DNA of 63,945 nt, counting the filler, from Globobulimina sp. (lineage: Eukaryota), in the NCBI GenBank assembly GCA_003354225.1. It is 41 parts of 41 records of this genome, joined end to end, with 100 filler letters (N's around TTAATTAATTAA, not from the genome) between each part and the next. Parts side by side here need not be neighbours in the genome. Positions count along the whole stretch, not along the records: positions 1 to 1,463 come from PIVH01016278.1; positions 1,564 to 3,026 come from PIVH01016279.1; positions 3,127 to 4,589 come from PIVH01016280.1; positions 4,690 to 6,152 come from PIVH01016281.1; positions 6,253 to 7,715 come from PIVH01016282.1; positions 7,816 to 9,278 come from PIVH01016283.1; positions 9,379 to 10,841 come from PIVH01016284.1; 34 more parts are not named here. One strand, written 5' to 3'. The notes under the pieces are model-generated. The model was not told the origin of the DNA, ran no database searches, and worked only from the letters and a program-made list of their open reading frames with translations. How positions within the stretch are numbered: the first letter of the stretch is position 1; every line of letters begins with the position of its first letter. The position numbers were made by a program, and so were the translations under genes. Of this stretch, positions 1 through 10,941 are shown piece by piece.

Positions 1-1
1 G

Positions 2-691
2 TTGCCAGATGAAGCAGAAGCTCTTGATAAGAAATGGAAAGAATTTTATTCAGGAACCATAGCAAAATTCCATCGAAACAGAGCGAAATTTATATTTTTA
101 GGGATTTTGGCAAAGAGTTATCAAGTGAAGAAAATTGAAAATAAACAATTTGGATATTGGTACAAAGACGAAGATGATGGTATGATACCAAAATGTGATT
201 CAGTTTATGCAGATTTTTCTATTAATTTTGGTTTAACGTACAATGAATCGACAGTTAATTTAAAATTATCCGCAATATTTAATAACAGAGCATATGCATT
301 GTTCGACGACAACTTTGCAACAAAAGATTGGACCATAAAATTAATTTTATTAGAACAAGATTTAAAAAATTTATGGATGGATTTTTTTGGTAAATTACCC
401 TATAAAATATTTGAAAAATGTGATGAGAATAAAACGAATATAATACCAATCATTTATGGTTATGTGTTTTATTCAAAAACAACATTTATTGATGATATTT
501 ATTTATATAAAAATGGGGAAATCAATGAGACAAATTGTGGTTTATTGGATGCATTTATTGATATAAATTTAGAAGATGGTAACTTGCATATTGCAGAGTA
601 TATTGATATTTTGTTACAATGGTTTCTATCTCAGGACGCTACAAATTATAGAAAAACCTATGTTAAAACGGAAATGATTTGGCAAAATTGA
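2..691 (+). CDS. Hypothetical protein, 5'-truncated
   Basis: 229-codon open frame in AT-rich DNA; no recognised motif. Confidence 0.55.
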   Translation: MPDEAEALDKKWKEFYSGTIAKFHRNRAKFIFLGILAKSYQVKKIENKQFGYWYKDEDDGMIPKCDSVYADFSINFGLTYNESTVNLKLSAIFNNRAYALFDDNFATKDWTIKLILLEQDLKNLWMDFFGKLPYKIFEKCDENKTNIIPIIYGYVFYSKTTFIDDIYLYKNGEINETNCGLLDAFIDINLEDGNLHIAEYIDILLQWFLSQDATNYRKTYVKTEMIWQN

Positions 692-1076
692 CTGATAAAC
701 AATTAAAGTTTAACTATTTGTAAATTATGTAATTATTTTTCTGTTTTCACTATTTTGTATTATAATTTTTCATTTAATGCATGTGTACTGGTTTGGTTTC
801 CGTGGCGGACAAAACGGAACTATGATATCACAAACATAAGGAATCATTAATATATCATTGCTATGACTTTGTGTTCTGATATGCGATGAATATCTCTGAT
901 TTGTTTACTGATTTTTTTATTATAGTAATATATGCAGAGCCATTCGCCTCTTTCATTTACACATTGAATGAGAATATACCTCAAAAAATGACCCTATTTA
1001 GTAATAAAACTTTTTCATCAGGACTGTAATTTTTTGACTAAACGAAGAAGATAAAATAAATAAACTAAAAAAGCAT

Positions 1077-1463
1077 TTATAACTGCAAAACAGAAGAAAT
1101 GCATTGCCAATATTTGTTGTAATTAGCACCTTTATTTGGTGTTATTTTAGCATTGTTAACAGCGTCATTAGTTTTGTCAATCAAATACGGAGTTTGTTTG
1201 CCTTCAATGACGATACATATTTCATCATTGTCTTCAAATTGAAATACTTGCTTTATTTTACCATTTTTTATACCAACACAGGTCATATTTCTTTGCGGAA
1301 AGAAATATCTCCATTTATTCTCTTCAAAATGATGAGTCGCAATTTTTGATTTTAAATCAAATTTCATCTCAATTGGATATTTTGTTGTGTCACTGTACAT
1401 TTTGTGAATTATATCAATTAAATCTTTACAAAATCGAACAACTTTTTGGGACTTGTTATTGTT
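1077..1463 (-). CDS. Hypothetical protein C-terminus, 5'-truncated
   Basis: Frame stays open from the contig edge (NNNKSQKVVRFCKDLIDIIHKMYS...) to the stop at 1077. Confidence 0.45.
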   Translation of the reverse strand, partial: NNNKSQKVVRFCKDLIDIIHKMYSDTTKYPIEMKFDLKSKIATHHFEENKWRYFFPQRNMTCVGIKNGKIKQVFQFEDNDEICIVIEGKQTPYLIDKTNDAVNNAKITPNKGANYNKYWQCISSVLQL

Positions 1464-1563
1464 NNNNNNNNNNNNNNNNNNNNNNNNNNNNNNNNNNNNN
1501 NNNNNNNTTAATTAATTAANNNNNNNNNNNNNNNNNNNNNNNNNNNNNNNNNNNNNNNNNNNN
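1464..1563. other. Artificial contig linker (first of 40 identical ones, spaced about 1561-1563 bp apart)
   Basis: 44 N + TTAATTAATTAA (stops in all six frames) + 44 N, recurring through 62385-62484; the flanking sequences are unrelated. Confidence 0.99.
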
Positions 1564-1998
1564 ACTCAAATTATTAGCATCTATATGGACATGCAAACCA
1601 CACGAAACATTAAAATAAGCATTTAATGGGATTGCGGAGAATATATTGCAAATTTCATTTATATTACATATGGTTTCCTGGTCATAAGATAGTTTTGGAG
1701 AAACAAGTTCAAATCCGAATGCATTGCCATTTTTTGAATCAATTTGTATGGTAATATCTTGTCTAATGTCCCATTCATTGAATAGCAATATATCCTGATT
1801 GGTTTCATAAAGATAGCAATATAAATCATCATGATTTTTCATAATACTTTCTTTATTTTGTTGGGGCAGTATCATTTCAATTTCAATGCCAAAATTTCGA
1901 CATAATGCAGCATTGTGATGTGAGATTCTTTTTTGCGATAACGACAATGCTAATTTCCGTAAGAAATACTTTTTCGTAAAGTTTCTGCAGTATTGCAT
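1564..1998 (-). CDS. Putative amidoligase (Amidoligase_2 / COOH-NH2 ligase type 2), 3'-truncated
   Basis: Motifs FGIEIE, FELVSPKL and NVSCGLHVHID in the family order. Confidence 0.8.
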
Positions 1999-2191
1999 TG
2001 TTTGACAATTATGAGAGGTCCGTTGTCCATAAGTGTTCCATTTTTTCTATCCATATTTCAAGTCTTGGAGTTACAAATGTTAACGTTAACGTACTGGCGC
2101 TATGACACAAAATTACAAAAAAAAGAGTTCAGTTAATTTTATTTTTAAAATTATTAAATATAAATAATAAAATAAGCACAAAAAAAATGCG

Positions 2192-3026
2192 TTACTTTGG
2201 CACACAAAAATATTGAGGTGATGAGGGAGTTAAACCGCAAACAACAGGTTTAATAAACTCCCACACATTGCTGCCAGTAATACTTCCGATATCACCCACA
2301 AATAACCACACGGATAAACCCGTTAATAAATATTTCCGATTCTCCTTTGTTAAATTATGATCCATAAACCATGTACTCGATGAATATATTAATCCATTCG
2401 CCAATGTAATACAGGCTGTGGCCAATAAAGCAACGATTGGTATTTTGCTCATACAGCCAACCATTCCAATTACTGAGAAAAATAAAAAGTAATATGGTTT
2501 CGCAGATAATTCAAAGTAATATACAATTTTTCTGCCACTTACATCGCCAACAAATTGACATAAATTTAACAAACAGAAAAATACGTTTTGATTCACCATC
2601 CATTTGCCATCAGATAACATTCCAAATAATGGGAACTTATCTCCATCGTAAATATATTGATTGATGGCAGTGTTATAACTCAAACAAAACATATTAAGCA
2701 TCAAAGAGATGCAATACCAACAAAGATTTGGTAGCCATCTTTTCCAACATCGCAAATGATTTGAAAATTCTTTAAATGATTGTTGATGATCATATGTTCT
2801 TGGCACAGGGATTCGGAATAAAAATAGAAATATGGATAAAAAACAACAACAAAAAACTGTAATATAAATATACAAAATATCTAAATTAGTTAATGCCATA
2901 AACGCGTATCCACCAACGGTAATTGTGACGAATCCAACCGACATTCCCACTGTGTTTGTACATAAATTATAGTTGTAAACAACAAAAAAAATAAATAAAT
3001 ATTTATGTAACTCATTCCCCATAATT
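2192..3026 (-). CDS. CLN3/battenin-like multi-pass membrane protein, C-terminal part
   Basis: Several TM helices; FVGDVSGRK, ANGLIY and WLFVGDIGSITGSN resemble protist battenin-like MFS proteins. Confidence 0.65.
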
Positions 3027-3126
3027 NNNNNNNNNNNNNNNNNNNNNNNNNNNNNNNNNNNNNNNNNNNNTTAATTAATTAANNNNNNNNNNNNNNNNNN
3101 NNNNNNNNNNNNNNNNNNNNNNNNNN

Positions 3127-3554
3127 GATAAAATTCGACAATTTCTTATATTTTCTTTATTTATAAATAATTGTTTTAGCGCATTTATTTTTATTTTATA
3201 CTCATTATTTTTACTTTTATTATTATGATAAATTATAATTTTTTTAGATTCAATAAATTTTAAATTATTTGCTTTGTTACACGGAATTTGAGATAATTTT
3301 TCAATTTTATTCAAATCATCAATTTTATCAATATTTAAATTGATTGAATTATAAATACACAATTCATTGAATTCATTATTTTTTCGAACATCAATCAATA
3401 AATAATATTTTGAAAATGGCGAAGTTTGTAATGCATTGTAAACATATGTTATATCACAATCATTGTAATTCCTCTCCAATTTTGTACTCTTTTTTTTGTT
3501 CTTTTTATTGTTCAGAGATTGTAACTCGTTTAAAAGACCTCCGAGATTTGCCAT
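3127..3554 (-). CDS. Rhodanese-like domain protein, 3'-truncated
   Basis: YLLIDVRKNNEFNELCIYNSINL...KKIIIY...CRIL matches the rhodanese-homology pattern. Confidence 0.7.
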
Positions 3555-3860
3555 GCAAATTGTTAAAAGAATTCGAAGAGGAAGAACTCCACAAAAACAT
3601 GAAAATCAGTTTAATTTTTTTCCCTTAGAAAATAGATTTTTACGATAAAACAAAAATGCCTATTGTTTACAATACAGACAACAAAATACCAGAAAACACG
3701 ACAAGAAAATTAGCATAACCCCCTACCCGACATGGTAAATTTCCCACCCCCTTAGTATCCAAAAAACGTGGCTGAGATTTCCATTAACAATCAACAAACT
3801 ATCATTTTGATTGCAATTGCATCCAAAAACCAAACAAAGTGCATCAAATATTAATCTTCT

Positions 3861-4478
3861 ATGACGAACGTATTAAGTTACTCCAAATATATATTCTTCC
3901 ATATTCCCAAAAACAGCCACTACAATATAACTACAGACAAATTTCTTGACATTATCATTATCATCATCAGTTTTCACATATTATGTTCAATACATTGTCA
4001 ATCATCAAGTCCTGAGTTGATATCGGCATCATCGAGTAGTAGCGATGAATTGTCATTGAATTTGGATATTTGCGATTGTTTGACGGTAACATTGACATCA
4101 ATACATCCGTATGTTGATAATCCAAATACATTCTGTTACACATACGATATACAGCGCAAATACACGACAAACGCATGTGATTTGCCATTGCGTAACATAC
4201 TATTATCAATTTGTAATAATGATGACATGGATGACTTAAAACATATTTATGATTCAATTGTTGATTTTTATCCAACAACACTCTCATTATCCATCTATGA
4301 CAATGACAATGACATTATTGGACTGTCGATATCTATATCGATACCGATTGAAGAGAATACCATATTTACTTTGTGTCTAAATGACATATATAACACTCAG
4401 ACTGCAAAAAAAGTAAAACTGCAACATGAGATATGTAGTGTTGATAATAATAATAATGGTCTTCCCTGTATTAGTTAA
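3861..4478 (+). CDS. Hypothetical, probably secreted Cys-containing protein (first exon)
   Basis: Hydrophobic segment, then a Ser tract and Cys-containing region; frame ends near a GT donor-like site. Confidence 0.45.
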   Translation: MTNVLSYSKYIFFHIPKNSHYNITTDKFLDIIIIIISFHILCSIHCQSSSPELISASSSSSDELSLNLDICDCLTVTLTSIHPYVDNPNTFCYTYDIQRKYTTNACDLPLRNILLSICNNDDMDDLKHIYDSIVDFYPTTLSLSIYDNDNDIIGLSISISIPIEENTIFTLCLNDIYNTQTAKKVKLQHEICSVDNNNNGLPCIS

Positions 4479-4690
4479 GAACAGTTTGTTCGTATCGTTT
4501 CTGAAAACATTAATAATTTATATAATACATTTAATTAATAATTAATTGCAAAGGTAATATCACCACAAAAAAGCCGACATTACCACCATNNNNNNNNNNN
4601 NNNNNNNNNNNNNNNNNNNNNNNNNNNNNNNNNTTAATTAATTAANNNNNNNNNNNNNNNNNNNNNNNNNNNNNNNNNNNNNNNNNNNNA

Positions 4691-5758
4691 GTGAAAGTAA
4701 AAGTATTAAAAAAACAAAATGATACAGATTTGCAACGGAGAGCTGCTTTTATGAATAGTTATTCATTCGGAGTTATTATGAAACAGTTATCAGATACAAA
4801 TAAGAGGAATCAAACTGAAATTTATGTTCAATCATTGTTTGATGAAAATATTACGCTCCGATTAAAACCAAAATATTTAGAAAGAATTGGTAAAATTTAT
4901 ATTCATAATACATCAGATTTTGATGTCTCTATGCTTTCAGATCTGATGAATAAATTATTGGCTGATCCATCCAACAAAGTTATGTATTTACCATCGGTTC
5001 GTTCTTTTAATTTTAACGCAAATGTATCTGCGCTGAAAACCATTACATTGCCAACATCATCGTATGAATACAACGAGCTTTCAATGAATATGGCATCGGC
5101 ACTTTTTGCCTGCGGCAACACAGTGCTCCCAATGATGCAAAATTTGAATACAGTGCAAATAATAAAATTTATGACCAATTTGCATTTTATTTGTGACGCA
5201 AGAATAATGAATCAAACAATCAAACAAATGCATGAATTACAAGGACGTGATTCGAAAATGAGAAGGGATATATCCAAAATACAGGATGTTTATCAGACGA
5301 ATTATATGAGAATGCTCAATGCAAACAATAAATCTATGGATATTTTGCAACAACAATCAACTGAGTATGCTCGTGTTACGTTGGGACATTTGTTGGTTTG
5401 TAAAACAAGAAGAAATATAGCATTCTGGAAGGCGCTTTTGATGGAAATAAGTGAGGTCTATAAGGTTACAACACGGATATCTGATGCTATCCGGCCTCAA
5501 CGCGTACGGCGCAATAAAACTCCGCTAGAATGTTGGAAACAGTTAATTATATCGGATATATTGGAAAATTATTTGTTGAGGACCAATAATCAGCAGTTAA
5601 ATTTGCATGTAATCACTCAAAATATTGAGGTTTCGCTGTTACTTATCCCAAACATAGCTGCCCAGTTACATTATGTGTGGAATATGAGCACGAGTCACCT
5701 CAGGCTCACGGCGACTGACATTATGCGAAAATTGATTCATGTAATACCTTATAAATGA
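4691..5758 (+). CDS. Hypothetical protein, 5'-truncated
   Basis: 355-codon ORF, no recognised motif. Confidence 0.6.
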   Translation: MKVKVLKKQNDTDLQRRAAFMNSYSFGVIMKQLSDTNKRNQTEIYVQSLFDENITLRLKPKYLERIGKIYIHNTSDFDVSMLSDLMNKLLADPSNKVMYLPSVRSFNFNANVSALKTITLPTSSYEYNELSMNMASALFACGNTVLPMMQNLNTVQIIKFMTNLHFICDARIMNQTIKQMHELQGRDSKMRRDISKIQDVYQTNYMRMLNANNKSMDILQQQSTEYARVTLGHLLVCKTRRNIAFWKALLMEISEVYKVTTRISDAIRPQRVRRNKTPLECWKQLIISDILENYLLRTNNQQLNLHVITQNIEVSLLLIPNIAAQLHYVWNMSTSHLRLTATDIMRKLIHVIPYK

Positions 5759-6152
5759 CTACTACTGGAATCAGATTTTTTGCAGAGATCATGTTTTTCG
5801 TAACAATGCTTCTATTTACAATCTGCTACATTGTGATTACAACATATTCCTTTGTATTGCCATCATTTCCTGTGGGTTCGCCATTTACCAATTCAAATGA
5901 TATGAATCCAAATTCAGCGAAAATTACACAGTGGTTAGAAGGCCAAGGTGGTTGGAATTCAAATGACAAATTCCAAGTCGATGAAGGTATAATTGTATTA
6001 ACAGCAATGAGAAAACAAGTCTTGTTGCATTTTCACCGGATTCTGGTTATTATAAACCAGATTGCAATACCAAAGTGACACGAGTCCCAATACCAACTGA
6101 AGGCGGTTTAGAAGCCTCTCCAACGTGGAAATCAGCTGCAAAAGTTGTAATG
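5755..6152 (+). pseudogene. Secreted protein with bacterial-like N-terminus, frameshifted at about 6008
   Basis: Signal-like segment, WLEGQGGWNSNDKFQVD; after a 1-nt shift the frame continues EKTSLVAFSPDSGYYKPDCNTKVTRVPIPTEGGLEA. Confidence 0.45.
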
Positions 6153-6393
6153 NNNNNNNNNNNNNNNNNNNNNNNNNNNNNNNNNNNNNNNNNNNNTTAA
6201 TTAATTAANNNNNNNNNNNNNNNNNNNNNNNNNNNNNNNNNNNNNNNNNNNNATAGGGTTATATTATAAGAGCAGATTAGGGAATACAAAAATATACTAT
6301 ATTATTATTATAATGGTAAAAAGCTCAAACTTTACCAAAAAAAATAAAAAAATGAAATCAATCTTTTTTGTGATGTGGATATTTCTCTTTTAA

Positions 6394-7365
6394 CTACTCT
6401 TGATATAATTTAATTTGTTTATCATATCCCAGTTCCTGAACAATTGGTCTTTTTGCTTTTAAATGTTTATAAATATCTTCTGGTGTTTTCTTTGCATCTT
6501 TGAATGCATATTTGTATAAATAACAACCTGTAATAAATGGTGATCGATGCGCACCGGCCAGACAATGAATAATTATGTTTCCTTTTTGCAAAAATAAATC
6601 TATTTCGTCGATCATTGCATCCAAATATTCCATTTTATTCATTTTAATTTCTATATTTTTATTTTCATTTTCGTCCTCATTCGATTTATCTTCATCGGAA
6701 TCTCCAACCGGTTTATAAATATATTTATTGTTCCATTTCCAACTCGCAACGTTAAAGATTCTCTCAATTACTTTTGTCTCTGTTGTTAATCGTGAAACAT
6801 TCTTTTGTTGACAGCAATTAAATACATATAATATTTTAAATTGTTTTATAAAATTTACCGTTGGAATGGGTCCCAAATATAATTGATGTCCTCCATATAT
6901 TCCCATTGGTGTATACCTGGATAATACAGAGCGTAATGGCGATAATATCAATGTATCAGTCTTATTTATTCGTGAATTAATTGATACGGATTCATCAAAA
7001 TAACATGACTTATCAAAAATATTCTGATTGGTATCAATATTCAATAAACCAACATTAATTGATTCATATTTTTGTACCTTTTCAATGATTTTATAAAGAT
7101 CATAATAAACATACGAACCATTTGCTTCTTGACACCATTCTAAAAAAATTCGACTCTCACGAGATTTAATGACATTTAATAGTTGTTGGACACTTTCAAA
7201 TTGTTTTGTTGCTAAACCGTCGGAATGGAATATCAATGTATTGTCTTTTTTTTCATGCTCAATATGGAGAAATCCATATTGCGTTCTGATTCCTATATTA
7301 TCACCGTACCATCGCTGGGTTTCGTAATCTGTCGAATCAGACTTCTGTCGCCAAGAAGCTGCCAT
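6394..7365 (-). CDS. Dual-specificity protein phosphatase
   Basis: IIIHCLAGAHRSPFITGCYL (HCx5R P-loop); upstream QLYLG; downstream HLKAKRPIV; likely ATG at 7365. Confidence 0.9.
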   Translation of the reverse strand: MAASWRQKSDSTDYETQRWYGDNIGIRTQYGFLHIEHEKKDNTLIFHSDGLATKQFESVQQLLNVIKSRESRIFLEWCQEANGSYVYYDLYKIIEKVQKYESINVGLLNIDTNQNIFDKSCYFDESVSINSRINKTDTLILSPLRSVLSRYTPMGIYGGHQLYLGPIPTVNFIKQFKILYVFNCCQQKNVSRLTTETKVIERIFNVASWKWNNKYIYKPVGDSDEDKSNEDENENKNIEIKMNKMEYLDAMIDEIDLFLQKGNIIIHCLAGAHRSPFITGCYLYKYAFKDAKKTPEDIYKHLKAKRPIVQELGYDKQIKLYQE

Positions 7366-7439
7366 GTTTCCAAGTAGAGAATCAATATTTTGCCACATAT
7401 CCAAATATATATAGCTTGGCCTACTCAAACATACTTAAG

Positions 7440-7715
7440 ATGTCCTACAAAATAGCTGTATTGTCTGCATTTATAGTCGCATTGAATAGCGATTGCTATT
7501 TACATTATTTTCGAGGTTCAAACAATCGATTAAATGAAGCATCAGCCAACAGAAACAACGCAAATCGTTTATTTGATTCACAAAACAACAATCGTGGTGG
7601 ATATAACTGTTGCGATTTAGATTCTGAAGAAGGATTTGACGGCGCCGATTGGATGGCCACTGCATCGGAAATGTATGACTGGCGACGTATATATTCCAAT
7701 ACCGAAACCCCACTA
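7440..7715 (+). CDS. DD3-3-like secreted protein, N-terminus
   Basis: Signal peptide followed by YLHYFRGSNNRLNEASANRNNANRLFDSQNNNRGGYN, the conserved DD3-3 N-terminal block. Confidence 0.85.
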
Positions 7716-7815
7716 NNNNNNNNNNNNNNNNNNNNNNNNNNNNNNNNNNNNNNNNNNNNTTAATTAATTAANNNNNNNNNNNNNNNNNNNNNNNNNNNNN
7801 NNNNNNNNNNNNNNN

Positions 7816-8563
7816 ACGCACATAATTTCAAAAAAACAATGCATTTCCCAGAATAACTCTGTGTGTCGCCGTCAGGGTACAATGCAATGCACCACATATT
7901 ATCAAACATATTGCTTTCGAATCGTTTCCCATTATACGCGTTTTTGGCGGCAATCAATGTTTTTTTATCCAATTTCCACATTAATGTGCTCGTTTTTATC
8001 CATTTAGATTTATAGTTATATAATATACGATTGTTTGTGTTGAGTGTATGGGTTAATATGATTTTTAATATTTTTATGTGAGCCACAAATATTAATTGCT
8101 TCAAATTTGATTCTTTGATTTCTTTCAATCGTAAGGTGTTTTTGGACCATCCGTAGGATTCGCCATTGTTGTTATATCTGTCTATATTCATAGAACTCGA
8201 TTTTGTTTGCGGTGATTGGATGCTTCTGTTTATTATAATGCTTTTCCATGATGGTGGCAATTTTATTAATTGGAGACAAACATCAAAGGAATCAATTCTG
8301 TCTTCACTCCATCCGTTTGGATATATCACCATTTTCCAAATCACATCGCCAATTTGAAATACATCTGATTCAAATTTCTGTTTATTGGTGGCATGGAATA
8401 TTTTTTTAACTAATGTATGGTCATTTATCTGCCATTTATATGATCCTTCTCTATCTGACATGATTACTACACTGAAGTGTCTGTGATTTGAGTGATTATT
8501 TATGGATCGTTTGTTATCAAGGAAAAGTTCTTCAAAAGTTACAAAGTTACACTCCATCAACAA
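7816..8563 (-). CDS. Tandem MATH/TRAF-domain protein, 3'-truncated
   Basis: YKWQI...FESDVFQIGDVIWKMVIYPNG...YGW, then a second unit FESNMFDNMWCIALYPDG. Confidence 0.85.
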
Positions 8564-8704
8564 CCGATATGGAACTATTTTGTATTTTACATTTAAATCC
8601 GATACCAGAAAATGTAGGAAATTTCATTCCAATGATAATCTATATAGATTTTTAAGATTTAATTTACGATCAAAGTAATTGGATGCAATTAATATCATAT
8701 AAAT

Positions 8705-9091
8705 TCATGATATAGTTTGTCGAGTATATCTTAACCATTTTTTATGAGATGGTCTTGCCACATCTTCTGGATTCCAGTCATGTAATTGCCAAAGAAAATA
8801 ATCTCTGCTCAGCCAATACATGATCCATAATGGTGGCACATATAACAATGTGGTGTAACAAAACTTAACACCAAATGCACTGATCCAAAATATCAATGGT
8901 TGAACAAGTCCCGATGTCCTAACAGTTGTCAATTTTGAGCCTGGCGAGCCTTGCAATGCCAAGAAAGATGTCCATGTTAATCCAACTCCTGAAAAGAAAT
9001 ATGTCATTCCAGCACATTGACGAAGCACAGGTCGTTCCGCTAGCACAGCTTCATCAAATACTGACCACAGTCGCTTAAGTATTCGTGACAT
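8705..9091 (-). CDS. Small hypothetical membrane protein
   Basis: Complete 128-aa ORF with two hydrophobic segments. Confidence 0.55.
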   Translation of the reverse strand: MSRILKRLWSVFDEAVLAERPVLRQCAGMTYFFSGVGLTWTSFLALQGSPGSKLTTVRTSGLVQPLIFWISAFGVKFCYTTLLYVPPLWIMYWLSRDYFLWQLHDWNPEDVARPSHKKWLRYTRQTIS

Positions 9092-9378
9092 GTATTTGAC
9101 TAAAGTAAAAACTGTGTAATTGAGTGGCTTAAGAGCATCCGGTCTTCAGCGTCAGATTTTTATTGGGGTAAGGTGTAAGCAAACAGTTTCTGGTGACTGA
9201 TAATAGTATATTATTCATGTTCAACTTTTTCGTTTCGAGATAAGTAACGTGTTTCCGAAAACACAGTTTTTGGTCGAGNNNNNNNNNNNNNNNNNNNNNN
9301 NNNNNNNNNNNNNNNNNNNNNNTTAATTAATTAANNNNNNNNNNNNNNNNNNNNNNNNNNNNNNNNNNNNNNNNNNNN

Positions 9379-10221
9379 CTTTGTCATATTATCTGTAGTC
9401 GGATTGTCATCTCGCCGCAATTGATCAACATCAGGTATGATTGAGTCGAATTCACCATCTCTTTTGTCTCTATCTCTTTGCAGTTTTTTGCAATCCAAGC
9501 GCTTTAAGTCTAGATCAGCAATCTTGATTTTTGCAAATTCATCCAATGAATAAAGCTTTTCTTTCTTATCTTTAATATATTTATTCATCCATTGTGATGT
9601 GTCATTATTATTGCTGTCTAGAGATGGCTGATCATGAGATGCAAAGTTCTTGCGTTTCTCATTATATTTCTTCATTTGTAGCGTTGAAGATCTGTACTTT
9701 GTGTTTTTGATTGGTTTGAAGATTAACGTTGATGTGGAACAATAACTACGCATAGTTCCCGGAGCACGCAGCTTCGCAGAATACGGTCTTTGATTTCGCA
9801 GTTTGTTGTGGTTTGACTTTAGTTTTTTAGTGGTTTTATGCATATTGGATACGGATTGACTTTTCTTTAATGGAGCGGAATTTGGTCGGATTCGTTTTTG
9901 TTGCAACCTGATGCATTTGTTTGCAATTTGTTTACTGTTTTTGTAAAAAGTCCTTGATCTCAAAGTACTGCAGGCAGTTAAGGGTCGTTTTAGCTTTTTC
10001 CTGTTGGTTTTTGAGTGCGGTATTGTAACATTTTGGTTTTGCTTAGATAGTATATGGTAATTTTTGAGTATGGTTGGTGCCAAAACACCGTTGACCGTTA
10101 TTTGATTGTTTGCTGATGTTTTGTTTGCAGTGTGTTGATATTCAATATCAGGCCTGCAAAGTGACGATGCATTGTACACATCTTCAAGTATCTGATATAA
10201 AACACTTGTATTGTCATTCAT
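9379..10221 (-). CDS. Hypothetical basic, disordered protein with RPxS/TA motifs
   Basis: Long ORF with RPLTA, RPNSA and RPYSA. Confidence 0.55.
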
Positions 10222-10442
10222 ATTTGTATAATGTGATACTTGCAGTTCATATAATTATGAGTTGATCGCGAGTTCATATGGCATTTCTAATTTGAACGGT
10301 GTAGTGATGACATTAATATCGATCGATCGAAGTTAAAGAAAACTGAATGGTCATATGCTTGATTTAGATTGTTGATAAAGGATATTGAGTTGTTATTTGG
10401 GTATGTAAATCTTAGCAACCGTATATTTGTTTTTTTTGTACC

Positions 10443-10841
10443 ATGGCAAATTCAAACGTCTTAGTAGATCTAGAAATGGCCTCCAAAGGCGGTGCTGTTA
10501 TACCAATACACTACGGAGCCCAAACAACAGTTAAACGCAAGAAGATGGACAAATTTAAACGTAAGAAACCTTCGCAACAATCAATGACCAACATACAAAA
10601 TGCAAAAGTTGAACGCCAAGAGCAATTGCAAAATAAGAAAATCTTATATGCCGCAAAACGAGGATATTCAATCCTATTATTAGTCACAGTGTTGCTTTTA
10701 GGCGTATTATCCCTATACGTGATCAAAATCAATGACACCTTATCCCATTATTTATACAATGGCACCACCGGTTGCATCATCTCATTGATTCTAATGGTTC
10801 CCATATTTTTATTATTCAGATTCGTAGAGAAAAAAATCATC
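10443..10841 (+). CDS. Hypothetical membrane protein, N-terminus
   Basis: ATG in AccATGG context; two TM segments; open to the contig edge. Confidence 0.55.
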
Positions 10842-10941
10842 NNNNNNNNNNNNNNNNNNNNNNNNNNNNNNNNNNNNNNNNNNNNTTAATTAATTAANNN
10901 NNNNNNNNNNNNNNNNNNNNNNNNNNNNNNNNNNNNNNNNN

